Below are positions 56,454-64,000 of a DNA stretch of 64,000 bases, piece after piece (positions within the stretch are counted from its first letter, which is position 1; every line of letters starts with the position of its first letter). A model generated the notes under the pieces. It searched no databases, was not told the origin of the DNA, and worked only from the letters and a program-made list of their open reading frames with translations. The stretch is taken from positions 190,585-254,584 of the forward strand of contig JBAYLC010000001.1 in NCBI GenBank assembly GCA_041664245.1. The letters are read 5' to 3'. Source of the DNA: Minisyncoccota bacterium (GTDB lineage: Bacteria > Patescibacteriota > Minisyncoccia > UBA6257 > 2-01-FULL-56-20). The translations under genes were made by a program, and so were the position numbers.

Positions 56454-57644
56454 ATGAATTTGATAGAAGAAACAAAAAACAGAGCAATAAATGTTTTAAA
56501 TCACTGCGCCAAAAAAACCGGCTTCTACGCCTCTGGTCTTCCCGGCGGTTACGAAGCCACTTGGGCGCGCGACAGCATGATCACCAGCCTTGGCGCTAGT
56601 TTGATCGCTAAAAAATTCCAAGTGCCATTCCGAAAAAGCCTCGAACTTTTATCAAAAAATCAATCCAAGCATGGCCAGATTCCTAATGCTGTTGGTTCGT
56701 GGAACACCGAACGCCGATCGGACGTTACTTTCAATTCCATCGATTCCACTCTTTGGTATCTAATCGGCCAGCAGGTTTACGCCAAAGCCTATAAAACTAA
56801 ATCGCTCCTAAATAAATACAAAAAAAATATCGCCGGCGCCTTAACTTGGCTCGAATATCAAGACCCGAACGAAGACTCTCTTTTAGTCCAGCAACCAACG
56901 ATGGATTGGGAAGACGCTTTTCCGCACAAATACGGCCGCGTTATTAACACCGAAGCTATGTATTATTTAGTTCTAAATTTATATGGCCAAAAAAAGAAAG
57001 CGGAACATCTCAAAAAAATCGTTAACGGCGAAACCGAAAAATATCTCTCTCTCTATGATTCTAAACTAGGGTTTTATCGTCCGTGGGTTTGGAAAACTCA
57101 CAGTCCGAAAGTTCGAGAACAAGAAGAGTGGTTTGATACCCTCGGTAATCTTTTAGCCATCGTGAGTGGTCTAGCCACGCCGAAAATCGCCAAAAATATT
57201 TTAAACTACATTGAGAAAAATAAAATTAATCGTCCCTATCCCTGTAAAGCCATTTATCCACCAATTAAAAGAGGGGACAAGGAATGGCATTCTTATTTTG
57301 ATGAATGCGAAGCCAAAGAGGCTTATCACTATCTAAACGGCGGGATCTGGCTGATGATCGGCGGTTTTTACGTTGCCGCCTTAGTCAAAGCCGGCCAACT
57401 CACTAAAGCGAAAAAGGAATTAGAATTTCTCGCTAAAGCTAACCGCGTCGGTCAATCGCTCGATCGTTTTGAACGTTCGAGCGCCATTCGTAAACTCGGA
57501 GTTATCAGCGAATGGCAATTTATGGAATGGTTAGACGGCAAAACTGGGAAAGTTATCGGTTCCGCCTCGCCCTACCAAGCTTGGAGCGCCGGCGCCTATC
57601 TTTTCGCTTATAACTGTGTAAAAACGAAAAAGGCGGGTTTTTAG
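56454..57644 (+). CDS. (alpha/alpha)6-barrel glycoside hydrolase (GH100 neutral-invertase/GDE_C-like)
   Basis: GGYEATWARDSMIT, QQPTMDWEDAF, YLNGGIWLMIGGFYVAAL resemble GH100/amylo-alpha-1,6-glucosidase catalytic motifs. Confidence 0.6.
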   Translation: MNLIEETKNRAINVLNHCAKKTGFYASGLPGGYEATWARDSMITSLGASLIAKKFQVPFRKSLELLSKNQSKHGQIPNAVGSWNTERRSDVTFNSIDSTLWYLIGQQVYAKAYKTKSLLNKYKKNIAGALTWLEYQDPNEDSLLVQQPTMDWEDAFPHKYGRVINTEAMYYLVLNLYGQKKKAEHLKKIVNGETEKYLSLYDSKLGFYRPWVWKTHSPKVREQEEWFDTLGNLLAIVSGLATPKIAKNILNYIEKNKINRPYPCKAIYPPIKRGDKEWHSYFDECEAKEAYHYLNGGIWLMIGGFYVAALVKAGQLTKAKKELEFLAKANRVGQSLDRFERSSAIRKLGVISEWQFMEWLDGKTGKVIGSASPYQAWSAGAYLFAYNCVKTKKAGF

Positions 57645-57658
57645 GCTCGCCGTAATCT

Positions 57659-57865
57659 TTAACCCAACGGAACCGCTTGTAGCGCAAGAAGAATTGCGAC
57701 TACAAACGAAAAGATAATAACGCAAATTTCTTGCGCAACTTTCCAGCTCTTTTTGTCGCGGAGTTTGTTTTCGCGACAATCACACGGCCGGCGCTTAAAA
57801 AGAATTAAAGCGCCAACAAACAACGAAACTGCCGCAATCGAGAGCAACGTCGTAGTCAAATTCAT
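57659..57865 (-). CDS. Small membrane protein (68 aa, hypothetical)
   Basis: GAGGAGG SD 6 nt before ATG (MNLTT...); ORF track uses upstream TTG. Confidence 0.45.
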   Translation of the reverse strand: MNLTTTLLSIAAVSLFVGALILFKRRPCDCRENKLRDKKSWKVAQEICVIIFSFVVAILLALQAVPLG

Positions 57866-57913
57866 GAAATACCTCCTCAAAGTAACTTCCGAATTTATAC
57901 CACTTAAATAAAC

Positions 57914-59059
57914 CTACTTCAATTTAAACCGCTCTTTAATCTTATCTGCCATTTGTTTAGCAATCTTATGGTATTCAAATTTTTCCACGGCGTGTTCGCG
58001 CGCTCGCGCTCCCATTTTTTCGCGCAAATCTTTATCTTTGAGCAATCGTAAAAGATAACCCGCCAGTTCTTCCACATCCGCGCGGTAAGCAAAAGTTTTT
58101 GGTTTCTCAAACTGGATTTTATGATCTTCCTCAAATCCCATTCCGACATAGGCCCACTCCTCGGTTAAATCAATCGTCGAAGCCACTTTTGCCAAAAAAC
58201 CGGTCTCGCCATGAATAATGGTCTCTTTCGGTCCCATTTCATCAATTGAAATAACCGGCTTTCCGCACGCCATCGCTTCCACTTGAATCATACCGAATCC
58301 CTCAAGCCGTGAAGGCGCAGCGTAAATATCACATGCATTTAAAAGTAGAGGCATGAATTCCCGAGACATAGAACCTTCTAAATAAATCACTTTATCCTTT
58401 GACACTCCCAGCTCCTCAATCAACGCCATTTCGTCATCATAATGATCATCAGCGCTCTCTCCACCCCAAATTTTACAGACGTATTTCCAATTTTCAAATT
58501 CCTGATCTACTTTTTTAAGCGCTCTAAAAATCTCCTGCGCCCCTTTCGAAGTCACATCGCCGCCGGCCGTCATAATCATCACTTCGTCCTCTTTGACGCC
58601 GATCATTTCGCGAACTAATTTTATTCGCGCGTCATCTCGGGGAATCGGTTTAAATTTTTCAGTTTCCAGCCCGATCGGCAGCGTCACAAAATTTTTTGTG
58701 TCCACTCCGTCGCGCGCAAAAGTTTTTGTCACCCAATCACTGGTTGTAAAAACTAAAGGCAGGCCACCGATTTCTTTGTGATAATTTGCCACCCAGCCGT
58801 CGGCTAAAAGCCATGGCACCGGTTGAATTCCATATTTTTGGGGATGAAAAATCAAGTCAAAGGCATGCCCCCAAAACCCGACACCGATCGCCACGTCAGG
58901 TTTTAAATACCTATAAATAAACTCTTTTTGGAATTCGCTGGAAAGATGGCAGGGGACAACCTCATCGCCGTTTTCCTTTAAACCGCGATAGAGCATATCG
59001 CCCTGCTGGCTTAAGCCGTCCGGTTCCGGCGGATATGCATATAAAACAATCGCTTTCAT
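57914..59059 (-). CDS. GT4-family glycosyltransferase (PIG-A/MshA/BshA-like)
   Basis: GT-B fold with EX7E motif (EGFGMIQVEAMACGKPVI); start overlaps stop of upstream PIG-L gene. Confidence 0.85.
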   Translation of the reverse strand: MKAIVLYAYPPEPDGLSQQGDMLYRGLKENGDEVVPCHLSSEFQKEFIYRYLKPDVAIGVGFWGHAFDLIFHPQKYGIQPVPWLLADGWVANYHKEIGGLPLVFTTSDWVTKTFARDGVDTKNFVTLPIGLETEKFKPIPRDDARIKLVREMIGVKEDEVMIMTAGGDVTSKGAQEIFRALKKVDQEFENWKYVCKIWGGESADDHYDDEMALIEELGVSKDKVIYLEGSMSREFMPLLLNACDIYAAPSRLEGFGMIQVEAMACGKPVISIDEMGPKETIIHGETGFLAKVASTIDLTEEWAYVGMGFEEDHKIQFEKPKTFAYRADVEELAGYLLRLLKDKDLREKMGARAREHAVEKFEYHKIAKQMADKIKERFKLK

Positions 59060-59661
59060 AAAATTAATTCCTTAAAACTTTCTTGTCTCGCGCAGCTTCT
59101 ATATTCAAACGAGCTCTTTTTGAATCCATAAATTTCATTAATAATATGCTTTTTTCGACTTAAAATATTTTGGGTAAGATTATTTATAAAGCTAGATTTA
59201 ATTTTAGGCTCTATGCGGCCATTTCTATCGTCTAGTTCATAATTAAAACAAAAAAACCGGCTCGCGCTAAGTTTCTTTTCTTCAGCCAAAGTTTTCAAAG
59301 CTCGATGGACGCCCTTGTGTCGCGGATGCCCATACTCACCATTATACGCGTGCGTAAAAATATAATCAAAACGTCGCGACGGAAGTTCCCGCAAAACCCG
59401 CCGGCGGATTTCGGGTAGACTCTCGCTTATGTTCAACTGCTCCTCGTCCTCGAGATTAGAAATAATTGCTTTCGCGCCGTAAACGTTGCAAACTTTTTTA
59501 AATTTAGGCGCTCTGTCAAGATCATCACCTCGGCAAAGTGAAAAAACTGTCCACTTGATTTGTGGATTAATCAAAATTGTTCCGCCCATCCAAATTGTTT
59601 CGTCATCTGGATGTGCAACTAATATCAGGGCGCGGCCGCCGCCCAGCAACAACTCTCGCAT
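59056..59661 (-). CDS. PIG-L/LmbE-family N-acetylglucosaminyl deacetylase
   Basis: VAHPDDE zinc-binding motif, HxxH (HPRHKGVH) later motif. Confidence 0.85.
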   Translation of the reverse strand: MRELLLGGGRALILVAHPDDETIWMGGTILINPQIKWTVFSLCRGDDLDRAPKFKKVCNVYGAKAIISNLEDEEQLNISESLPEIRRRVLRELPSRRFDYIFTHAYNGEYGHPRHKGVHRALKTLAEEKKLSASRFFCFNYELDDRNGRIEPKIKSSFINNLTQNILSRKKHIINEIYGFKKSSFEYRSCARQESFKELIL

Positions 59662-59759
59662 CTCAATATATTATCACTTTTCTTGCGACCTGTTACACGA
59701 TACGTGTTACATGCCTGCACTCTTGCTAGCAAACCCTAAATTTGTTATAGTGGCAACCA

Positions 59760-61004
59760 ATGAAACGCCACCCGGGTCTTTTTCTTTTTCTGATAGTTCT
59801 AATCACTATCGCCTCGGCAATTTTCATCTATCCAAAAAATTTTGGCGCTAATTTTCGCCAATGGCGCTTAGGACTTGACTTAGTCGGCGGTAGCCACCTT
59901 ATATATAATGTTGACCTGACCAAGGTTTCAAGTGGCGATCAAAGTTCGGTGTTAAACGGCCTCCGGGACGTTATTGAACGCCGAGTAAATCTTTTTGGCG
60001 TCAGTGAACCGCAAGTTTACACCGCCAAATCCGGGAATGACACCAATCTAATTGTAGAATTAGCCGGCGTTAAAAGTATCTCCGAGGCAATTAACCAAAT
60101 TGGCACCACTCCGATGCTTGATTTTCGCGAAGTGGCCGCAAATGGCTCTAGTACCGAGTTCATTCTCACAAACTTGACCGGCCGTTACATCACCAAAGCT
60201 CAACTCACTTTTGATCAAACCACTCAAGCTCCGCAAGTCGCTATTTCATTCAATAGTGAGGGCGCGGGGATTTTTGAGAAAATGACCGAAGCCAACGTCG
60301 GCAAGCCGATTGCTATCTTTTTAGATAATCAACTCATCGAAATGCCGACGGTCCAGCAAAAAATCGCTGGCGGACAAGCGGTTATCACCGGAAAATTTAC
60401 AATTGATACCGCCAAAAAACTTGTTGAGCGATTTAATGCCGGAGCCCTGCCGGCACCCATCACGCTTATCAATCAACAAACCGTTAGCCCGCTCTTAGGT
60501 TCCGATTCACTATCTAAAGCGTTAATCGCCGGACTACTTGGGACGCTGATCGTTATGCTTTTTATGGTTATCTATTATCGCTACCTAGGCGTCTTTGCCG
60601 TCTTTGCCCTTTTAATTTACGTAATATTGAACCTCGGAATATTTAAGATTTTTCCAGTAACGATGACTTTGGCTGGCCTGGCCGGTTTCATTTTAACGAT
60701 CGGCATGGCCGTCGATGCTAATATTTTAATTTTTGAACGAATCAAAGAAGAACTAAAGAGGGGACTAACAAAAGAAGCGGCCCTCGAGGAGGGTTTTCGC
60801 CGGGCTTGGCCGTCAATTCGTGATTCAAATACAAGTACTATCATAACAGCGCTTATTTTATACTTCTTTACTTCAAGTTTTGTTAAAGGTTTTGCGCTGA
60901 CTCTTTTGATTGGCGTCTTAGTTAGCATGTTTAGCGCCATCACCGTTACTAGAGCAATGCTGAGGACATTCATTAAGAGCAAAATTCAAAATAAAACAAC
61001 CTAA
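59760..61004 (+). CDS. secD: Protein translocase subunit SecD
   Basis: N-terminal TM, periplasmic domain, C-terminal 5-6 TM block. Confidence 0.92.
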   Translation: MKRHPGLFLFLIVLITIASAIFIYPKNFGANFRQWRLGLDLVGGSHLIYNVDLTKVSSGDQSSVLNGLRDVIERRVNLFGVSEPQVYTAKSGNDTNLIVELAGVKSISEAINQIGTTPMLDFREVAANGSSTEFILTNLTGRYITKAQLTFDQTTQAPQVAISFNSEGAGIFEKMTEANVGKPIAIFLDNQLIEMPTVQQKIAGGQAVITGKFTIDTAKKLVERFNAGALPAPITLINQQTVSPLLGSDSLSKALIAGLLGTLIVMLFMVIYYRYLGVFAVFALLIYVILNLGIFKIFPVTMTLAGLAGFILTIGMAVDANILIFERIKEELKRGLTKEAALEEGFRRAWPSIRDSNTSTIITALILYFFTSSFVKGFALTLLIGVLVSMFSAITVTRAMLRTFIKSKIQNKTT

Positions 61005-61005
61005 A

Positions 61006-61914
61006 ATGATTGATCTCATTAGAAGAAAATATCTCTTTTTATCTGTTTCCGGTGTTCTAGTAGCCGCCGCCATATTTTCGATACTAGTATTCGGTTTTCG
61101 AGAAGGTGTTGATTTTAAAGGTGGCACTCTTTGGCAAATAAAAATTAACGATCAGTCAGTAACTACCGAAGATGTCACGGCAATTATCCAACCGGAAATA
61201 AGTAAAATAGGGGAAGCGAAAATAAATCGGGATATAAGCAGTGATTCGTTCCTCGCCCGCCTACCGGTCTTAAATGAAACCGAACATCAAAAACTAATCG
61301 AGATTCTAAAAGCAAAATTTCCAAAGGCTGAAGAATTAAGCTTTCAATCAATCGGCCCGTCAGTCGGCGCCGCTCTCAGGAAAAACGCTTTTATTTCCAT
61401 CGCTCTAGTCCTAATCGGAATTTCACTCTACATCGCTTATTCTTTCCGAAAAGTTTCCCGGCCGATTAGCTCCTGGAAGTACGGTTTTGTCACTCTTATT
61501 TCGCTCTTCCACGACATCGCCATTCCCGCCGGTTTATTGGCTATTTTAGGCCACTTCGGAACGGTTGAAATTGATGGCAATTTTGTCGTTGCTCTTTTGG
61601 TCATCATGGGCTTCTCGGTTCACGATACCATTGTTGTATTTGACAGAATACGAGAAAACCTATATAATGACAAAGGAAAGAGTGATTTTGGTCAGGTTAT
61701 CAATACTAGCGTTAATCAAACCATTGCCCGATCAATAAACACCTCTTTAACCCTAGTTTTAGTGCTCTTGGCTCTTTTCTTTGCCGGGCCGATAAACCTT
61801 AAATACTTCATTCTTACCCTACTTATTGGAGTTGTGATGGGTACTTATTCGTCAATTTTTGTAGCCAGTCCAGCTCTTTATATATGGCAGAAACTGTCAA
61901 AAAAGGGAAAATAA
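61006..61914 (+). CDS. secF: Protein translocase subunit SecF
   Basis: Adjacent to secD, 6 TM, conserved SecF motifs. Confidence 0.9.
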   Translation: MIDLIRRKYLFLSVSGVLVAAAIFSILVFGFREGVDFKGGTLWQIKINDQSVTTEDVTAIIQPEISKIGEAKINRDISSDSFLARLPVLNETEHQKLIEILKAKFPKAEELSFQSIGPSVGAALRKNAFISIALVLIGISLYIAYSFRKVSRPISSWKYGFVTLISLFHDIAIPAGLLAILGHFGTVEIDGNFVVALLVIMGFSVHDTIVVFDRIRENLYNDKGKSDFGQVINTSVNQTIARSINTSLTLVLVLLALFFAGPINLKYFILTLLIGVVMGTYSSIFVASPALYIWQKLSKKGK

Positions 61915-61966
61915 CCAATTTATACCAACTATTGACTATTAAATAAAATAGTTATAACATAACAGC

Positions 61967-63001
61967 ATGATTCAAGCAGATAAAATTTTTAATAATCTCT
62001 TAGAAGACTTATCTCCTAGACAAAAGGAAGTTATTTGTGGCCGTTTTAATATTGACAATAAATATAACGAGCCGCAAACCCTGGCCGCCCTCGGAGAAAA
62101 ATACGGAGTCACCCGAGAAAGAATCCGCCAAATAGAGGCCGGCAGCCTTGTTAATCTCAAGAGAAAAATTGCTCAAAACAAAGAATGCAATGAAATCCTT
62201 TCGAGTGGTCAAAAAGTTTTAGCCAACGCCGGCGGTCTAGTAAAAAGCGATGTTCTTTTAGCCTCTCTTAATAATCAATTTAGCGGTCTGACCCAGGACC
62301 ATCTTTCTCTTCTTCTCGAAGTTTCAAAAAATTTCCATTTCTACGGAGAAGACAAGGATTTTAATTCTTTCTATTATATTGATAAAAACAAATTCGCCGC
62401 GGCTGATAAATTAATTAATCAATTTGTAAAATCACTACGCCAGCAAAAAGAAGCAATCCTTGCCGGCGGATATTTTGATTCGTTTAAAAAATTCGTCGTT
62501 GCTCAAGAAATTAAAGAGTCTATTTTCCAAAATTTTTTGAATGTCTCTAAAAAAATTCACAAAAGCACCCTAAACGACGTTGGCTTAAGCGAGTGGCCGG
62601 AAATTAAACCACAAAACATCCGAGATCGAATTTATTTGATTCTCAAAAAGAACAACAAACCTCTTCATTTTGAAACCATCACCAAGTTGATTAACGAATC
62701 AAAATTTGATTCAAAGATTGCCCTTACGCCGACCGTCCATAATGAGCTAATCAAGGATTCCCGGTTTATTCTAGTCGGACGGGGAACCTACGCTCTAGCT
62801 GAAAACGGATATAAACCGGGGACAGTACAAGAGGTGATAAAGCGGATCATTAAATCTGACGGTCCTATGAGACCAAAAGAAATCTCACTAGCCGTTGAAA
62901 AGGAAAGAATACTAAAACCAAATACCATCCTCGTTAATCTGCAAAACCGAAAAGTTTTTTCCCGTCTTTCGGATGGGCGCTACACTATACGAGAAGCGTA
63001 A
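61967..63001 (+). CDS. Protein with N-terminal sigma-70 region-4-like HTH and C-terminal winged-helix-like domain (hypothetical regulator)
   Basis: LSPRQKEVICGRF...TLAALGEKYGVTRERIRQIEAGSLVNLKRKI resembles sigma70 r4 HTH. Confidence 0.5.
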   Translation: MIQADKIFNNLLEDLSPRQKEVICGRFNIDNKYNEPQTLAALGEKYGVTRERIRQIEAGSLVNLKRKIAQNKECNEILSSGQKVLANAGGLVKSDVLLASLNNQFSGLTQDHLSLLLEVSKNFHFYGEDKDFNSFYYIDKNKFAAADKLINQFVKSLRQQKEAILAGGYFDSFKKFVVAQEIKESIFQNFLNVSKKIHKSTLNDVGLSEWPEIKPQNIRDRIYLILKKNNKPLHFETITKLINESKFDSKIALTPTVHNELIKDSRFILVGRGTYALAENGYKPGTVQEVIKRIIKSDGPMRPKEISLAVEKERILKPNTILVNLQNRKVFSRLSDGRYTIREA

Positions 63002-63093
63002 AAAAATATAACCGTATTTAGGCAAACACCGTTAGAATTAATTCTTCTAGCGGTGTTTGCTATTCAGCGAAGAATTTGAGAAAATTAAAGGTA

Positions 63094-64000
63094 ATGAACG
63101 GTTTTTCACAATTCTTTCTCGATATTGAACGTGATTTTTCTAAAACCTTCGGATCGGTTTGGGATCAGATTTGGTGGATCGTCCTTCTTGTCATCGCCGT
63201 CATGCTATTTTGGCATTGGTGGGAAGAATACCTTACTTTTAAATTTTTAAGTTCGATAAATTGGAAACTTCTGGAAATAAAAGTTCCTAAAAACGTTCTC
63301 CAGACTCCTCGCTCAATGGAGCAAATCTTCGCTGCCGCGCACGCTCCCTATTCTTACGGTCTAAAATTTTTAGAGAGGCATTGGGAAGGTAAGAGGGAAT
63401 GGCCGATGGTTTTTGAGATGGTTGGTATCGGCGGGGATATTCACTTCTATCTTCGAGTTCCCGCCCAGCATCAAAACCTGATGGAGTCCGCCATTTATTC
63501 TCAATATCCAGAAGCAGAAATTACTGAAATTCCCGCTTCCAAAGATTACGTTAAGCAAATGCCGGCAGTTCTCCCTAATAAAATTTTTGACCTCTTCGGA
63601 ATAGAATTTTATCTTCAAAAACCCAACCCATATCCGATTCGGACTTATATAATGTTCGAGGATCCGATTGAAGAACGGCGAGTTGATTCTATCGGTATTC
63701 TAACTGAACTTATGTCCAAATTAAAAAATGACGAACAAATTTGGATTCAAATTATAATTCGCCCCATTGACGACTCGTGGACAAAAGAAGGCAAAGAAAT
63801 TATCGACAAAATAATGGGCCGAGATAAAAAGAAAGAAGCCGGTCCACCGCTCTTCGGCGTTTCTATGCAAGAGGCTATTCTCTCTCCTATTGAACATCCC
63901 TCTCTGGAAGTTGAAAAGAAAAAAAATGATAAGGATTTTAAGTTTGTCGTTTTGAGTCCAAGCGAAAAAGAAGCCGCCGAAGGAATTGAGAAGAAAATGG
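63094..64000 (+). CDS. Hypothetical membrane-anchored protein, 3' end truncated by window
   Basis: ATG 63094, one TM helix (IWWIVLLVIAVMLFW), open to window end; not in ORF track because no stop. Confidence 0.5.
   Translation, partial: MNGFSQFFLDIERDFSKTFGSVWDQIWWIVLLVIAVMLFWHWWEEYLTFKFLSSINWKLLEIKVPKNVLQTPRSMEQIFAAAHAPYSYGLKFLERHWEGKREWPMVFEMVGIGGDIHFYLRVPAQHQNLMESAIYSQYPEAEITEIPASKDYVKQMPAVLPNKIFDLFGIEFYLQKPNPYPIRTYIMFEDPIEERRVDSIGILTELMSKLKNDEQIWIQIIIRPIDDSWTKEGKEIIDKIMGRDKKKEAGPPLFGVSMQEAILSPIEHPSLEVEKKKNDKDFKFVVLSPSEKEAAEGIEKKM

Noticed and set aside
63370-63618. Minus-strand 82-aa ORF near the window end
   Set aside because: Lies antisense within a longer + strand ORF (63094..window end) that has a TM helix and continuous coding character.
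1-64000. CRISPR arrays, rRNA genes, transposases or integrases
   Set aside because: No regularly spaced direct repeats, no rRNA-like conserved blocks, and no transposase/integrase-like ORFs were seen; the only RNA gene recognised is tRNA-Lys.

Overview
This 64-kb window looks like a compact, low-GC chromosomal segment of a small-genome bacterium. Gene content and style (short genes, many tiny membrane proteins, truncated UvrA and UvrC, frequent Shine-Dalgarno-less or leaderless starts) are consistent with a Candidate Phyla Radiation/Patescibacteria-type organism; that assignment is an inference, not a measurement.

Most of the window is recognisable housekeeping:
- **Nucleotide excision repair**: uvrB, uvrA and uvrC all lie within 9 kb. 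They are interleaved with a flotillin (SPFH-family) gene behind a consensus sigma70 promoter, a 28-codon micro-ORF that re-encodes the UvrB C-terminal UVR domain, and a 61-aa protein made of two SEC-C zinc motifs.
- **Heat-shock operon**: hrcA-grpE-dnaK-(membrane protein)-dnaJ, with a degenerate CIRCE-like repeat over its promoter.
- **Replication, translation and export**: recR, dnaB, cysS, a CorA-family transporter, a single tRNA-Lys(UUU), secD/secF, tgt, ychF, and a nfo plus sodA pair.
- **Carbon metabolism**: a glycerate/PEP module (glycerate kinase, PEP synthase, 2-hydroxyacid dehydrogenase, enolase) and PGI/PMI plus ROK glucokinase.
- **Glycan cluster**: GH130 phosphorylase-like protein, a GT4 protein fused to an (alpha/alpha)6 domain, a GH100/GDE_C-like hydrolase, and a GT4 + PIG-L deacetylase pair.
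- **DNA-end processing**: a PolB-exo-like 3'-5' exonuclease next to a UvrD-helicase/Cas4-like Fe-S nuclease fusion.

The least explained signals are these:
- A roughly 205-nt candidate structured RNA (18240-18445) with a perfect TTGACA-N17-TATAAC promoter and an intrinsic terminator, followed by an unlisted Cys-rich 50-aa ORF.
- The UVR-domain micropeptide.
- The flotillin N-terminus, which carries 4-5 tandem repeats.
- Recurring upstream DNA motifs: CTTGATAC repeats and GTTACRTG.
- A 25-bp inverted repeat that occludes the uvrB start.
- A GC-richer roughly 400-nt element at 46440-46835 that could be RNA or an odd basic protein.
- A Cu/Zn-SOD-fold protein that has lost its metal-ligand histidines.

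No CRISPR array, rRNA, transposase or integrase was seen.
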